A stretch of 64,000 nt of DNA from Negaprion brevirostris (GCA_030324005.1 JARDVH010000177.1:8815528-8879527); one strand, 5' to 3'. Numbered from the stretch's first letter, positions 12,453 to 24,971 are shown. Translations and numbers: made by a program. The notes: generated by a model from the sequence alone, not told the origin.

Positions 12453-13464
12453 GATATTTCTTGGCATCTTATGGTGCAGGGTGTCTATTGACAGAGGCCA
12501 GTATTCACAAAGATTTTCTCATTCCCTTCAGCCACAACACAAACACAATCTAACCAATCCAACCTTTCTACTACATCACCCCTTACTGACTTTGCTTGCC
12601 TTTTGCTCATTTAGGTGCAGCATTGATAGATGTCACTCAACAGCTAACATTTGTTCTTGGCAGATGGCCAGAGCCTCCGTCTATTCAATATTCAAGAATT
12701 CCTCGTACCAGTTGAGGCTTTGATAAGGAGACCAAGCTGATACTGGAATCCCAGGCATTTTTGCTGCAAAACAAATTAAGTACTTAGTCCAGCAATTTAT
12801 ATGTTGGTAAATTTTGAGGAACACCTCAAATAGTGCTATATGTCTTAAATATTCCAGAGGTGACAAATCTACAAAATTTTGATCATCATCGCATTGTTCT
12901 ACAAGGTGTGGTGCTCTGTAAGGTCTGATGTATAATATTGTTGAGTGTCACCCTATACTTTAAGATCACATTCCAGCATTTTAAAACATTCATAACAAGA
13001 TCCGGCAGGATAGCTTGGAATAGAATGTGCATTTCTTGAAACTGGTGCTAGAGTTCAGTCAACATCAGATCATTGGACAAGATCTCTAAAAATAGTACAA
13101 GTCTATCTGGTTGCTGTCTTCAACAGTCATTACAAAAGTAAAATAATAGTTCTCAATCGAAACTGCCAATTCAAATATTCAAACCTGGTGAATTGTTTTT
13201 TAAAAATACAAAGATAATTATTGATGTCATAATATAAATGAAAAAAGTGTTAAAAAAAAGAACGGCACAAAATGGAGGGGGGGGATAAAAAAAAATCAAA
13301 CAACACTACAATAATATTAACTGGCTGGTGAGTTTGGGTAAACATTAACATGAGGAACAATTTAAAGGCAGTGAATGGTTAATCTTAGATTTTGAGCATA
13401 TTTGCTGATCCAGCTTTTGGGACACTTGTTCGAAAAATTTTAATTTCAGATTTTTATATAATTC

Positions 13465-13622
13465 AAGTAAAGTTGATTGGCCATGCTAAATTGACCCGTT
13501 TCTGGGGGACTAGCAGGGTAAATATGAGGGGTTATGGGAATAGGGTCTGGGTGGGATTGTGGTCGTGCAGACTCAATGGGCCAAATGGCCTTCTTCTGCA
13601 CTGTAGGGATTCTACAATTCTA
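13465..13622 (+). mobile_element. HE1-like V-SINE, 3' half
   Basis: Matches the 3' half of the full copy at 23584-23901 (gattggccatgctaaattg...ctgcactgtagggattcta). Confidence 0.9.
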
Positions 13623-13624
13623 AG

Positions 13625-13875
13625 TCTAATGATGACCACAAAATATTGTCAACTGTTGTCAAAAAAACTTTGGTTCACTACTATCCTTGAGGGAAGGGAA
13701 TCTGCCATCCTTATCTGGTCTGGCTTATATACAACTCCAGATCCACAGCAATGTGTTGACTCTTAAATGCCCTCTGAAATGACCTAGCAAGCCACTCAGA
13801 ATAAAGGACTACTAGGGATGGACAATGAATGCTGGTGCATCTAGCTACAGTCACATCCTGTGCATGAATAAAAAT
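13625..13875 (+). mobile_element. Second SINE-like fragment with LINE-derived tail
   Basis: ggttcacta..ccttgagggaagggaatctgccatcctta...tagggatggacaatgaatgctgg...cacatcctgtgcatgaataaaaa, a shark repeat I recognise from memory. Confidence 0.7.
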
Positions 13876-14299
13876 GTTACCTGACCCTAGCTGGACAATG
13901 GTAGGAGATACAATGAGTACTGATGTCAAATTTTGTTCGATAACCCTCCTGAGCAATGACTTGGGACATTTTATTACATTCAAGATACTAAATAAGGCAG
14001 GGTGCTGCTGTTTTGATTCTTATCTTTAATAGTGCTGACCAACCTTTGAGGGGAAAGTTACCCAATTAAACACAGGATTAGGTGGGGAAAAGTATTTATC
14101 TAATGCTTCTTACAGGTACCAGGCATCTCAAAAGCACTACACAGCAATGAAATACTATCTAAAGCATGGTTGTTGCCAGAAGAATGTAGGAAATATGGAA
14201 ACCAGTTTGCTAATTGAGGGGCTTGCTGTGCCCAAAGTGTTAATAATCAGTGCCTGCATTGCTGGAAATGGTCTCTCCTGCCTGGTCCTGTCATCACAG

Positions 14300-14395
14300 T
14301 AAAAAGTCTGACAACACCAGGTTTAAGTCCAACCGATTTATTTGATAGTAAACTCAAGCTTTCAGGGTTTGTCCCTTCGTCAGGTGAGTGATGAA
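14300..14395 (-). mobile_element. Penelope-like pseudo-LTR fragment with a minimal hammerhead ribozyme motif
   Basis: Minus strand: cacCTGACGA-aggg-acaaa-ccct-GAAA-gctt...aaataaa..gttggact..aacctggtgttgt; flanked by 17-bp direct repeats 14283-14299 and 14396-14412 (2 mismatches). Confidence 0.8.
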
Positions 14396-14704
14396 TGGTC
14401 CTGTTATCTCAGCTCTCAAATGACAACATGATAGGGGGAGGACAAATAAAATGGTTCAAACACACCTATATGCGCCACTGCTAATGGCTAGAAGGAGCAT
14501 GATACGAATTGCTCAGAAAGGTAACTGGTCCATTAAGGCAATTAGAACTCTAAGCCATAATGCAGTTTAATGTGAAGGCAGAAAAAACAGGAGAAAGAAA
14601 AAGGAAGCAAATTCTACACGCTGCTTTGTGGAATGCATGAGCTTGTGTTGCAGAAACTCACTGCCTTGAATAGACATCCTCTGCAAATTGAGACACATAT
14701 CCTG

Positions 14705-14945
14705 CAATGAATGATCAGATAATTTCTTTTTTTGATGTTGACTCATGGGTAAATATTGGCAATGATATCAGTGACAATTTCCTGGATCATCAATATACTG
14801 CAACAGTATCCTTTACATTGACCTAAGCAATTTGGGCCTCAATTTAGGGTAAGATGGTATTTTCAACAATGTTACACTGTCAATACTTCACTGGCAAGTA
14901 TCAGTTTTAATTTTTATACACAGCCCTGGAGTTGGACTTGAACCT
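14705..14945 (-). mobile_element. Old Deu-domain SINE (SacSINE1-like)
   Basis: B-box-like ggttcaagtcc at the 5' end; gccaatattta..c..agtcaacatca Deu-domain end; similar to 33140-33430. Confidence 0.65.
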
Positions 14946-16315
14946 GCTATCGAAAAGAGCCATGGGAATTGTTGCAGTGCATCTTGTAAATGATACAGAC
15001 TGCTGACAGTGTGCTAACGGTGGGGGAGTGAATATACAAGGTGATGCATGAGGTGCCAAACACAGTCTGTTTTGCCCTGGATGGTGTTAAGCTTCTTGTG
15101 TTGCTGGAGCTATATTCAACCAGACAAGGAGAGTATTCCATTGCACTCCTGACTTGTGCCTTGTAGACATTAGACATGCTTTGGGAAGACAGGACGTGAA
15201 TTACCAGCTTCTGAATTGCTCTTGTAGTCAGTTTTTATAACTTGGCTGGCTGAGCCAAGTTTTTGGTCAATAATCTCAGATAGTGGTGATGGCAGTTTAG
15301 TGATGGCAATGGCATGGAATGTCAAGGGAGGATGGTTAGGTTTTCCTACATTGCAGGTGGCATTGTCCAGCACTTGTGGCACAAATGTTATCTGCTAATT
15401 ACCAGCCCAAGTCTGAATGTTGCACCTGCTACATGTGGGTATGTACTGCTTCAGACCAGAGTTGCAAATGGTGCTGAACACTGCAAACATGCCCAATTCT
15501 GACCTTAGGAGGGAAGATCACTGGTAAAGGAGCCGAAGATGGTTGTGTCTGGAACACTATACCGAGGAGCTCCTGAAGTGATATCCTGCGATTGAGATGA
15601 TAGACTGCCAACAACTATAACCATCTTCCTTTGCACCAGGTATGACTCCAACCAGGGGAGATATTTCCCCAGATCCCATTGGATTTAAACTCCATCAAGG
15701 CTCCTTGATGTCACACTTGGCCAAATGCTGCCTTGATGTCAAGGACAGTCAGTAAGTCTCACCATGCCACAAGATCAGTTCTTTTTGTCCATGTTTGGAC
15801 CAAGGCTGCAATGGAGGTGAGGAGTTGAGTGGCATTGGCAGAGCCTAATTAGCAGGTTATTGCTACTTGCTATTTCATATTGCTTTGCTGATGATGTTTT
15901 CAGTGGCTATCCAGTATCTTCTGCCATTTCTTGACATCACACGGAACGAGTCAAATTGGCTGAAGACTAGCATCTGTCAAGCTGCGGACCTCAAGAGAAG
16001 GCGACATCATATCATCCATGTGGCACTTCTATTTAAAATGTCTGCAAATGATTATCTTTTGCACTGGCATAGTGAGCCCAACAACCAATGATAACTGCAC
16101 ATTTGTGTATGAGCTCCCTTGAATTCACTGTTGGGATGTGGCAACACTGCAGAGATTAGGTCTGATCTGTTAGATTTGCTTAACCTTTTTACATGCTGCT
16201 TTCACTGTCTAGCATGTGCGTAGTCTTATGTTGTGGCTTTGACATTACTAGGTATGCCTGGTGCAGCTCCTGCACAATTTATTTAAACCAAAGTTATTCC
16301 CTGGCTTGATGATAT

Positions 16316-16749
16316 TATAGATCCTTTATCTATACGTCCAAAAACAAAAACACACTTCACTTCAGTGGCCTCTAGCCGCTAAACCTAAGAACAGGACTAG
16401 GCTATTCAGCCCCTCAAAGTCCTGACCCTAACCAGCACAACAAGCCAACAGGAATCTCACTTACTCCACCTCACCTATAGCATGATAGGTCCCTGACCTG
16501 AGCAGCCATGAACCTCACCAACCATACCTGACCTTTACTGTGGTTAGTCCCTCACCTGAGTCATAATAAACTTTGCCGACCACACCCAGCCTTTAATGCA
16601 GCAAGGCTCTGACCCAAGTCAACTGCACCCCTAGCGTTGGAAGTCTAGCTGATTGTCCATAAGCAAGCCTGGTCTTATATGTGTGATTTCTGAAAACCAA
16701 AATTATTTGAAATGTGATTGTCTTTAGGATTTCGGATACTTGACCTGTA
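16316..16749. mobile_element. Probable non-autonomous DNA transposon with TA ends inserted in the LINE
   Basis: Left end tatagatcctttatc..gtccaaaaac loosely matches the reverse complement of the right end (tacaggtcaagtatccgaaatcctaaagac); LINE sequence resumes on both sides. Confidence 0.45.
16456..16629. repeat. Diverged tandem repeat, 3 x 58 bp
   Basis: Units begin at 16456, 16514 and 16572; gtccctgacctgag, gtccctcacctgag and ggctctgacccaag fall in register. Confidence 0.8.
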
Positions 16750-17721
16750 GCGAAGTGAAGGATATGCCAGGCCAGATTGTGGTTGAATGCAATTATGTTG
16801 CTGAATACAGTCTACAACGTCTCATGGTGTTCAGTTTGGAACTGCTGGATCTCTGCTGAATCTACCCTTTTGGGTCAGTGGTAGGGTCACACTGATTTCT
16901 ATAATTGAATCATGGTTTCTTCTAGTTGAGAAGCCAACCAATTCTGCAGTTGTGCCTTGTACAAAAATTGTTCAAGGGTCTGCTAGGTTATCACTTGAGA
17001 GTCGGGTCACGGTGGAATCTCGACAAGCTCGCTCTGGAAAACCGCTGTTACTTCAGGCCAAGATTTTATCCGCTCTCTCTTTATTTTTGTGAAGGGAGAC
17101 AATCACTGCATTGTGAAGAACTGTCCCTTTCTCCCAGCATGCTGTACACAGATCTGTAAGCATATCAAAGATTACATTGCCAGCCAACGTATGGACCTCA
17201 GCTGGAATTGCATCTATTCTGCTTTGTGCGATTTAAATTGCATTGCAGCAGTGTGTAAGAATTCAAAGCAATGTAGTAGGAAAGGCTGTATTTAAAAGAC
17301 AGTTATTGACTGGAAAGCAGAATAAATAACTCAAGAAAAGACTTGTTTGATTTGGAGTGATTTTTCTAAGAATGAGACATCAGATCTTATAGGAAGAGAA
17401 GACCAATTTGCTAAATAGCTTTGAAATGCAGGTTTGGAGGAGAATAGAAATGACGAGTTGGGCAGAAAGTCACAAGAGATGAGATGCTAAGAAAAGGGAA
17501 GGATGAAGACATTAACTAAACTTTTAGGGAAAAGCAGAGACAGAGGAAACAGACAGGTAAGAGAATTTATGGCNNNNNNNNNNCAGAAGATTACATTTTC
17601 CAGGATCTTGCCATTGACTTGCCTAACAAGACAGAAACATGTGGTGTGGGTGCTGGTTGGAAGAAGACCTTAATTTTGTCAGGTGTTTAGTGAAAAGCCT
17701 ATTTTCTTATGCACTGGCAAC

Positions 17722-18437
17722 TGTTAAGACCAGGCCAGAAACTCCAAGATGTTTTATGGGGTTAGCCTAGACAAAGTTTTACATTTGGTTTGGCATGGGT
17801 GAGCATAAATTGTTTCACTTCAGGTATGATTCAAGTGACCCACTGGGAAGCTTCTATCAGACAAAGTTTATTTAAAAACCATTAAAATACAAGAATTAAC
17901 ATAACTTTTATTAATAAAAAGACTTAAACATGACTGCATAATTTGTCATTCCAAGTTGAACAATTTCCCACAGACACTCTTCTCCAGTTTCAACACAAAA
18001 ACAAGGATGCTCATGTGTTGCTGGATTTTCAACTTTGTAACACCCACAAACAGAAATCCAAACAAGCAGTTTCCCAAGAGGGGTATATCCTCAAACCAGC
18101 CAATCTTCAGAGGGATAAACATAATCTTTGCCAGCTTCTAAAATAGCCAGAGAAAACAAACGCCAACTTGGGGGAAGGAGAGAAACACCGCTGTCTCTCT
18201 GTTTTAAGCCATTCTGAAAAATGAAAGTAAAAACTGAAATGCTCTGAAAAGTAGCTGTCCCTAGTCACATGACATGACCTACAAATCACCCCCAATCAAG
18301 CTCTACTTAGCAATCCCAAGAGACCACTAAAAACAAAGAACACTGCATTAGTTCAGATTAAAAATCAACAGGATAACAAAACATCTTGCAGAGAAACACG
18401 ATTAAAATAAGTTTCTTAAAAGCACAGTATCATCATA
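17722..18437 (-). mobile_element. Solo LTR (Gypsy-like)
   Basis: About 716 bp, begins TGTT, flanked by caac/caat; both ends match the reverse complement of 20709-21454. Confidence 0.75.
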
Positions 18438-18559
18438 CAATGATCTGGAGCTCAGTTTCTGAATAAGCACACACACCCCATCTGCATACTGAAGCTCCAA
18501 GACTGGAATGATTTTGGTTTTGGATTGAAGGCTGCATATATTGAATCATTTTTCCCAAC

Positions 18560-19590
18560 TGTTCTGTGGGTAATTTATTGGACATGCGGTGCAGCATCGC
18601 AGTGATGAAGATGACAGGAGTGTTGGTGCAAAGATAGCTTGTGTGACCACACTTTTCACCAAGTTAGGATCTGTCATTTTTTTTTTTGAGGATCACAGCT
18701 TGCATGGCATGAAGCAGGTGGAGGAGGATGGCAACAAAATTTCAGAGGGCAGTCCAAGATACTCGGTAAATCCTCATGACAAAAGTTATAAGCTTTTGAG
18801 ATCGAGAAAAACCATCGACAACAGGTGTTATTGCTTTAACTTTTCTTGAATTTGCCACATTGAAGATCTTGGCTAGAATTCTCTGACCTTGCCCCGAGCT
18901 GGGATTCTCTGGTACCACTGCAGTGAATGGAGATTTGGCTGAGCGCCAAATTCTCTGTTCTTGCTGGCAGCATTAGCAGGGCATGCGAGACTGGAGAATT
19001 CTGGCCCATGACTGAGGTGCTCTTGATGGGTGAAAAATCTCACATTCTGGAAGGAATTGTTTGCCAACTGGGAGGTGGTGGTTAAGGATGATCCTTTCAA
19101 TGATTTTCTCTGTGGCAGACAGCAGGAAAACTCCTCTGTAATTACCACAATGGTACTCATCTCCACTTTCTGAATATACAGTCACAATCTCAGAATCCGA
19201 GGTGCTCTTTTATGTACTGATCTTCCCAGATGAGGGATGTGATGTTGAGCAAACATGTCAGAACAATATCTCTGCCATGTTTCAGAATTTCTGCAGCAAT
19301 TGTCTGCTCCAGAGGCCTTGTTGCTTTCCAGACCATGGTAGCACTGATGCAGATAGATGGGGTAGAAGAATGGAGTTGAGAACTTTCAAGCCAGACAGAA
19401 TCTTGATTGACAAGATCTTCAAAATGTTCTCGGAGACTGCCTCCCTGTTCTTGATGAGCTCTCCTCCAAGCTCTATTCTTAGAAAGATGGGTCCTTGAGT
19501 GTGTGGCTACAGATCATCAGTGCTGAAGAATCGGTGCACATCACTGGTATACACGGCTTGTTGGAACCCCTTGCGCTCTTTCTACCATCA
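18560..19590 (-). mobile_element. Decayed RTE-type LINE RT fragment
   Basis: ORF 18973-19185 CGNYRGVFLLSATEKIIERIILNH..FLPE matches the CGNYRGISLLS..GKILARILLNR RT N-terminal motif. Confidence 0.85.
18870..19007. mobile_element. MITE inserted in the RTE LINE
   Basis: Terminal inverted repeats ggctagaattctc / gagaattctggcc; internal hairpin gagatttggc-tgagc-gccaaattctc. Confidence 0.8.
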
Positions 19591-19764
19591 TAAAAAAAAA
19601 TCGTAGAGACAGCAGAGAGGGTGCAAAAAAAAATTTAAAGAAAGAACGTTGGTATGCATATCAGGAAAAGATGAACAAGCTGGATTTCTTTTCTCTTGAA
19701 AGAAAAGGTTGAAGGGTGACCCGACAGAGGGTCTTAAATTATGATTTTAATGGGTACTGTAGAA

Positions 19765-21735
19765 AAGTTATACTGTTCAGCCCACTGTGTCTGCACCAGT
19801 CAAAGACAGAAAAAAACTAACCACTCATTTTAATCCCATTTTCCAGCACCTGGTCTATAGCCTTGCAGGCTATAGCACTTCAGAAATACGCTGAGCATTT
19901 CAGCCTCAACCGTTTGCCACTTTACTGCCCACTCAGCCACATAATTAATACCATTCTGGAGAAAACAGCTATCCTCTTCACTGTCAATCACCCAACCGAT
20001 TTTCATGTCATCTTCAAATTTCCCAATCATGCTTCCCACATTTTAATCCAAACTATTACATATATACAGTAAAGGCTCCAACACCAAACCATGTGGAATG
20101 CCAGCAGAACCTGCTTTCTATTCTCAAAAACATCCACTGACTATACCACTTTATTTCTGTCGCTAAGCCAATTTTGGATCCAACTTTCCACTTCCTCAGT
20201 ATCCTAAGCATCTCATGTCTGCCACATGGGACCTTGTCAAATGCCTTACTAAAATTCCTGTAGACAAAATCCACTATACTACCTTCATCAATCCTTCCTC
20301 TTGTCACTTCTGTAAAAAAGTTGATCTAGTGAGACATGATCTTCCCTTAACAAAATTTGTCTTCATCCAATTCTAAGAATTTTTACTCCTGTTCTTTGAC
20401 TTTTTCCAATGGTGCTGAATCTAATTGTATTATGGTGACTATCCCCAATATGATCCCCCCTGCTGCTTCAGTCACTTGCCCAGCATCAATTCCTGAGACT
20501 AAATCTAGAAATGTATCCCCTCCAGCTGGGCTTATGTGCTGACTAGAAAAATCCTCTTGAATGCAGTTCAACAGTTTTGCATTCTTTCCACTGTTTGTAT
20601 TCCAAACAATATTAGGCTAGTTGAAGTTCTCAATTACTACTGCCTTTTGTTTGCACTCAAATTTGCTTACATATTCGCTCTAACTCCCCATCATTGTTTG
20701 GGGATGGGGGTGATGACACTGTGCCTCTCAGAAAGGTGTTTTCACCATGTTTCTTGTAAAGGGACATGTTTAAAATTCAACTGTTTTACATGATGCCCAT
20801 TCGTCTGCACCAAGCAGCTAACATGCTGAGAATGCAGGCTAACAGTTGATTTTAAGCGTGGGATGTGTTAATTTTAATCTGAGTTGATACATTTTGGTTA
20901 ATATTGGTTTTGGTTTTTCCCATGGAGTTTTCAGAGTAGGGACAAAAACAAACCCGTATGAACTTGGCAGAGCTAAGCTTACAGGGAAAACAGTTTTCTT
21001 TGATTGTCAATTTCCGCCTGGACCTGAAAGTGCCTAAAGGTGTTTTTCTGTCTCTCTGGAGGTGTGCTGTTTGGGGCTGTCAGATGACAGGTGTCTCTGT
21101 CTCTCCTCAGAGCGTTCAAAGGCTGTAGGACTATTAACAAGCAGAAACTTGTAAGCCTGAGAGTTTGCTTAAAAAAAAAGTTCAAGTCTGAGAGGAATAT
21201 TGCTTGAATTGGAACTAATAGATTGGTTAGCAGTCATGTTTAAGTATTTCAATTGGTAAAAATTAAAGTAATTCATTTTTTTGGTTAAACTATATTGTTA
21301 AATGAAGTTTGTTTTGATAAAAGCTTCCCAGTGTGTCAGGAGAATCATACCTAGAGTGAAACACTTTATCCTCATACTAATGTCAAAATACAAAAACTGT
21401 TGGGGTCTAGTTGGGCTTCATGACACTTGGGGTTTCTGCTCTGGTACCCTAACCGGGTTCAATAGTACACTCTTAATAGTGTGGCTGTCTCTTTTGTCAC
21501 TTGAGGTCAACCCCTTAGGCCTCATTTGATGTTTCTTTTAGTATATTATCTCTCCTCATAGATGTAATTGATTATTTAACCACCCATGCTACATCCCCAA
21601 CTTTGTTATCCCCCAATATCCTGCTGAAAACGCCATAGTCAGGGATGCTGAGCTGGCATTTTTGCCCCTTTCCAAGCTAAATTACTGTTATAGCAATTAT
21701 ATTGTGGTGCCGTGTCTGTGTCTTCAGCTCATAGG
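19765..21735 (-). mobile_element. Internally deleted CR1 LINE (endonuclease and RT pieces), split by the LTR at 20709-21454
   Basis: ORFs 19830-20039 (KFEDDMKIG), 20056-20307 (VDFVY.NFSKAFDKVP) and 20383-20571 (FLDLV); the endonuclease region continues at 21455-21735. Confidence 0.85.
20709..21454 (+). mobile_element. Solo LTR (Gypsy-like) inserted in CR1
   Basis: About 745 bp; aagcttcccagtg..gaatcatacc..agtgaaaca shared with 17722-18437 in the opposite orientation. Confidence 0.75.
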
Positions 21736-21737
21736 CT

Positions 21738-22402
21738 CTATAGTTGTAGACAGCGAGGATGGATGTTACAGTTTGCAGAGGGACATAGATAAGCTGCAGA
21801 GCTGGACTGAGAGGTGGCAAATGGGAGTTTAATGCGGAAAAGTGTGAGGTGATTCACTTCGGTAAGAGTAACAGGAGTACAGAATATAGGGCTAATGGAA
21901 GGACTCTTGGTAGTGTCGACAAGCAGAGAGATCTTGGTGTACATGTGCATAGATCCCTGAAAGTTGGCACCCAGGTTGATAAGGTTGTTAAGAAGGCGNN
22001 NNNNNNNNNNNNNNNNNNNNNNNNNNNNNNNNNNNNNNNNNNNNNNNNNNNNNNNNNNNNNNNNNNNNNNNNNNNNNNNNNNNNNNNNNNNNNNNNNNNN
22101 NNNNNNNNNNNNNNNNNNNNNNNNNNNNNNNNNNNNNNNNNNNNNNNNNNNNNNNNNNNNNNNNNNNNNNNNNNNNNNNNNNNNNNNNNNNNNNNNNNNN
22201 NNNNNNNNNNNNNNNNNNNNNNNNNNNNNNNNNNNNNNNNNNNNGGAATGCCCTGCCTGCAGCAGTTGTGGACTTGCCAACTTTAAGGGCGTTCAAATGG
22301 TCAGTGGATAGGCATATGGATGACATTGGTTCCACTGGTCGGCGCAACATTGAGGGCTGAAGAGCCTGTACTGTGCTGTAATGTTCTATGTTCTATATGT
22401 TT
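21738..22402 (+). mobile_element. Younger CR1 LINE 3' portion spanning a gap
   Basis: LQRDIDKL..W.E.WQM, IHFGKSN..QRDLGVHVHRSLKV; ends in ttctatgttctatatgtt. Confidence 0.92.
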
Positions 22403-22404
22403 CC

Positions 22405-22690
22405 GCTGTTGCGAAATAGCATAACTGGAGGTCAAAAATCCAGAAAGAAATTCAGAAGAAAATTCTTTACCCAACGGTGGCGAGAAGTAGAACTCGCCTA
22501 CCACAGAGTGGTTGAAGCAAACAGATGCATTTAAGGGTAAGCTAGACAAGCATACAAGGGAGACAGAAAAGAGGGTGATGATGTTAGATTTAGGATGAGA
22601 CAAGATGGAAGAGGGAGGAGGCTCAAGAGGAGCATAAATTCAGGCATGATCTCTTTGGAGTGAATGGCCTGTTTGTGTCATAGATCCCTT
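22405..22690 (+). mobile_element. Older CR1-type 3' fragment
   Basis: ttcagaagaaaattctttacccaacggtgg...gatgcatttaagggtaagctagacaag...gaatggcctgtttgtgt. Confidence 0.75.
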
Positions 22691-23583
22691 CTGTATTAAG
22701 AACACAAGTGAGTCTTTAAATGCATTTCAGTATTAAAATGAAGTTGTTATATCAGTTCACCCTGCATTTATGGTGGGAATGAATAGTGTTCCATCAGCAA
22801 TGTTGACATACCATCTAGTCAAGAATTAAGCTGGAAATCATACAATATATATTCCTTTCTATGTGCATATAAATTGCTGTTATTAATTACATAATAGAAG
22901 GACAGACCGTCATAAACAAGATACTATGTAGCATAATTGAGTTAACTTTGTTTTCAAGTCTGTAGTTCTTTTCACGTTTCTCAAAGTTTCAGCTAGTTGG
23001 TTTCTATGTTATTGCTTCTTATGGATCTTGATCATTTATCTATAAAAACGCAGAGAAACAGAAATTGAAGAGCTCTGGAAGGCTGGTGTTTAAGATTATC
23101 CCTTTGAACTTGCTGGTTAATCAAGCAGTAAACTTTGATAGCAATATCAAGGTATAAATATTCCAAACACAAGTTCATTGGCAAATTATAATTGTCTTTC
23201 ATAATTAGAATCCCTCAATTGATTAAAAACTTACAAACCTACAAGACATGAACATTCAAACTCCACCCATTGACACACCAATCTTTTAAAATTTAGCATT
23301 CAAAAGCAGATGAAAATGAAAAAGGCATTCAGGGTAGAAGCTTCCAATTACAGTGCAATTTGGATAATATCTTACTAATAACTCAATATCAAGAGCAGTC
23401 ATGCCAAGCACTCATACACATTATCGTGCAAGAACGGAGCAAGGCATTGGTGCACAACAAATGCCTTTATGGTTGGAAGTCAATTTCAACAAAGCCACCA
23501 AGAGAAGGCATATGCGTTGCAGAAAATAAAAGTGGGAAAAAAAAACTTTTCTTTAGGTCACACATCTTATATGTAGACTTATA

Positions 23584-23901
23584 CACAGTGGCATAGTGAT
23601 TAGCACTGCTGCCTCACAGCACAAGGGACCTGGGTTCAATTCCAGCCTCAGGTGATGGTCAGTGTGGAGTTTGCACATCCTCCCCATGTCAGCGTGGGTT
23701 TTCTCCAGGTGCTCCGGTTTCCTCCCACAGTCCAGAGGTGCAAGATAGGTCGATTGGCCATTCTAAATTGACTCTAGTGTCAGGGCATTAGCAGGATAAA
23801 TATGTGGGGTTGCAGGATTAGGGCCTGGGTGCGATTGTGGTCTGTGCAGACTCGATGGGCTGAATGGCCTTCTTCTGCACTGTAGGGTTTCTATGATTCT
23901 A
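23584..23901 (+). mobile_element. Full-length HE1-like V-SINE (tRNA-derived)
   Basis: A box tggcatagtgat, B box ggttcaattcc, V core gtgtggagtttgcac..ctccccatgtc..cgtgggttttctcc..tgctccggtttcctcccacagtcc, CR1-like tail ending ttctatgattcta. Confidence 0.95.
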
Positions 23902-24971
23902 GTCACTTTTCCTTCTTCAGCAGTATGGCCATCCATAATATTCACAATTTGTGCCCATTCTGTTATCAATAAGTGATTCTGCACCAGCCATGGAAGTTGA
24001 TGACAGAAATTCTTTCATTTAACAGTCAGTCAGTACAACAAGGCAACAAGTTTTCACATTGCTGTTTTCTTCCATTAGTGTTACAATAAGGGCTCCTCAA
24101 CATATTTGTGTTATAAACATAACAGAATTTCTAAAAACAGATTGCGAATTGAAATTTGCTCTCCAATGTGTAATCCAAATGGGTGTGTGCTACAGGGCTC
24201 AATTATCCTTTAAGTCAGTATCTTACACCAATCATGGATTGTCACATTCCCTGCATGCTCTTCAAAGATGAAAAAGAAAAACACCATTGTTGGGTCTGTT
24301 TATCCCAAGATTAAACTGTCAAACTGCAAGAAAATTTGCACAGAATGAAAATAATGTTGCAGTTAACTAGCAGTATTTGTTTGGGCAATAGTTATCTCGA
24401 GTACGCAAAACCGTAGCGATTATTTTTGGAAGCTTCCAAAGAGTCCCCAATGTGTTCCTATAGCAAAGGCATTCCATGAAAACCTCTCCATCGTCGTTCT
24501 CCACAGGAAACCAAGACAAAAACTGACTGGAAGCTACAGGAAAAGCCCATTCCTTTAAACAAATTTTCTGAATTCTCAAGAAAAAAAAAATCAATACAAA
24601 ATTAAAGATGCTATGCATGGACAGGTCCCCATAATATTAATCGAGCTTTGATTTTAAAGCATTTGAGGAGGAAAAACAGCCCTATTTTGCTCAAAATCTA
24701 AAGTTACATATACTTGACAAGAAACTCCTTTAAATGGTTCAGCAAAAATAATGATTTTCATTTTTTTCCCAGCTAGCAATCCTTGTCATTTGACAGGTAG
24801 GCTGTGATGAGGCCCATTTATAAAAACCAGTAACAGCGAAACCAGATAGGCCAAGTAGCGTTTCTTAGGGGTAAACAGACTACAGATAGCAATTGCTTTG
24901 TATATTGTTCACCACAGACAGAGGTATACAGCATACTATACAGTAATTTGGAGAACAATTTAGTCACAAGA

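Larger units (their letters stand above)
14950..16890 (-). mobile_element. Decayed non-LTR retrotransposon RT region (RTEX-like, clade uncertain), interrupted at 16316-16749
   Basis: ORF 14947-15177 YKAQVRSAMEYSP; upstream LDIKAAF.QV-type RT motif; same family at 59335-60100. Confidence 0.8.

Noticed and set aside
16456-16629. Regularly spaced repeats as a CRISPR-like array
   Set aside because: Whole units are similar with no unique spacers, no cas genes, and the context is vertebrate
17722-21454. Single full LTR retrotransposon or large TIR element
   Set aside because: Repeats are inverted, one splits a CR1, and the interior is unrelated LINE and MITE DNA
23584-23650. tRNA gene
   Set aside because: The A and B boxes are the head of a V-SINE; same for 57610-57677
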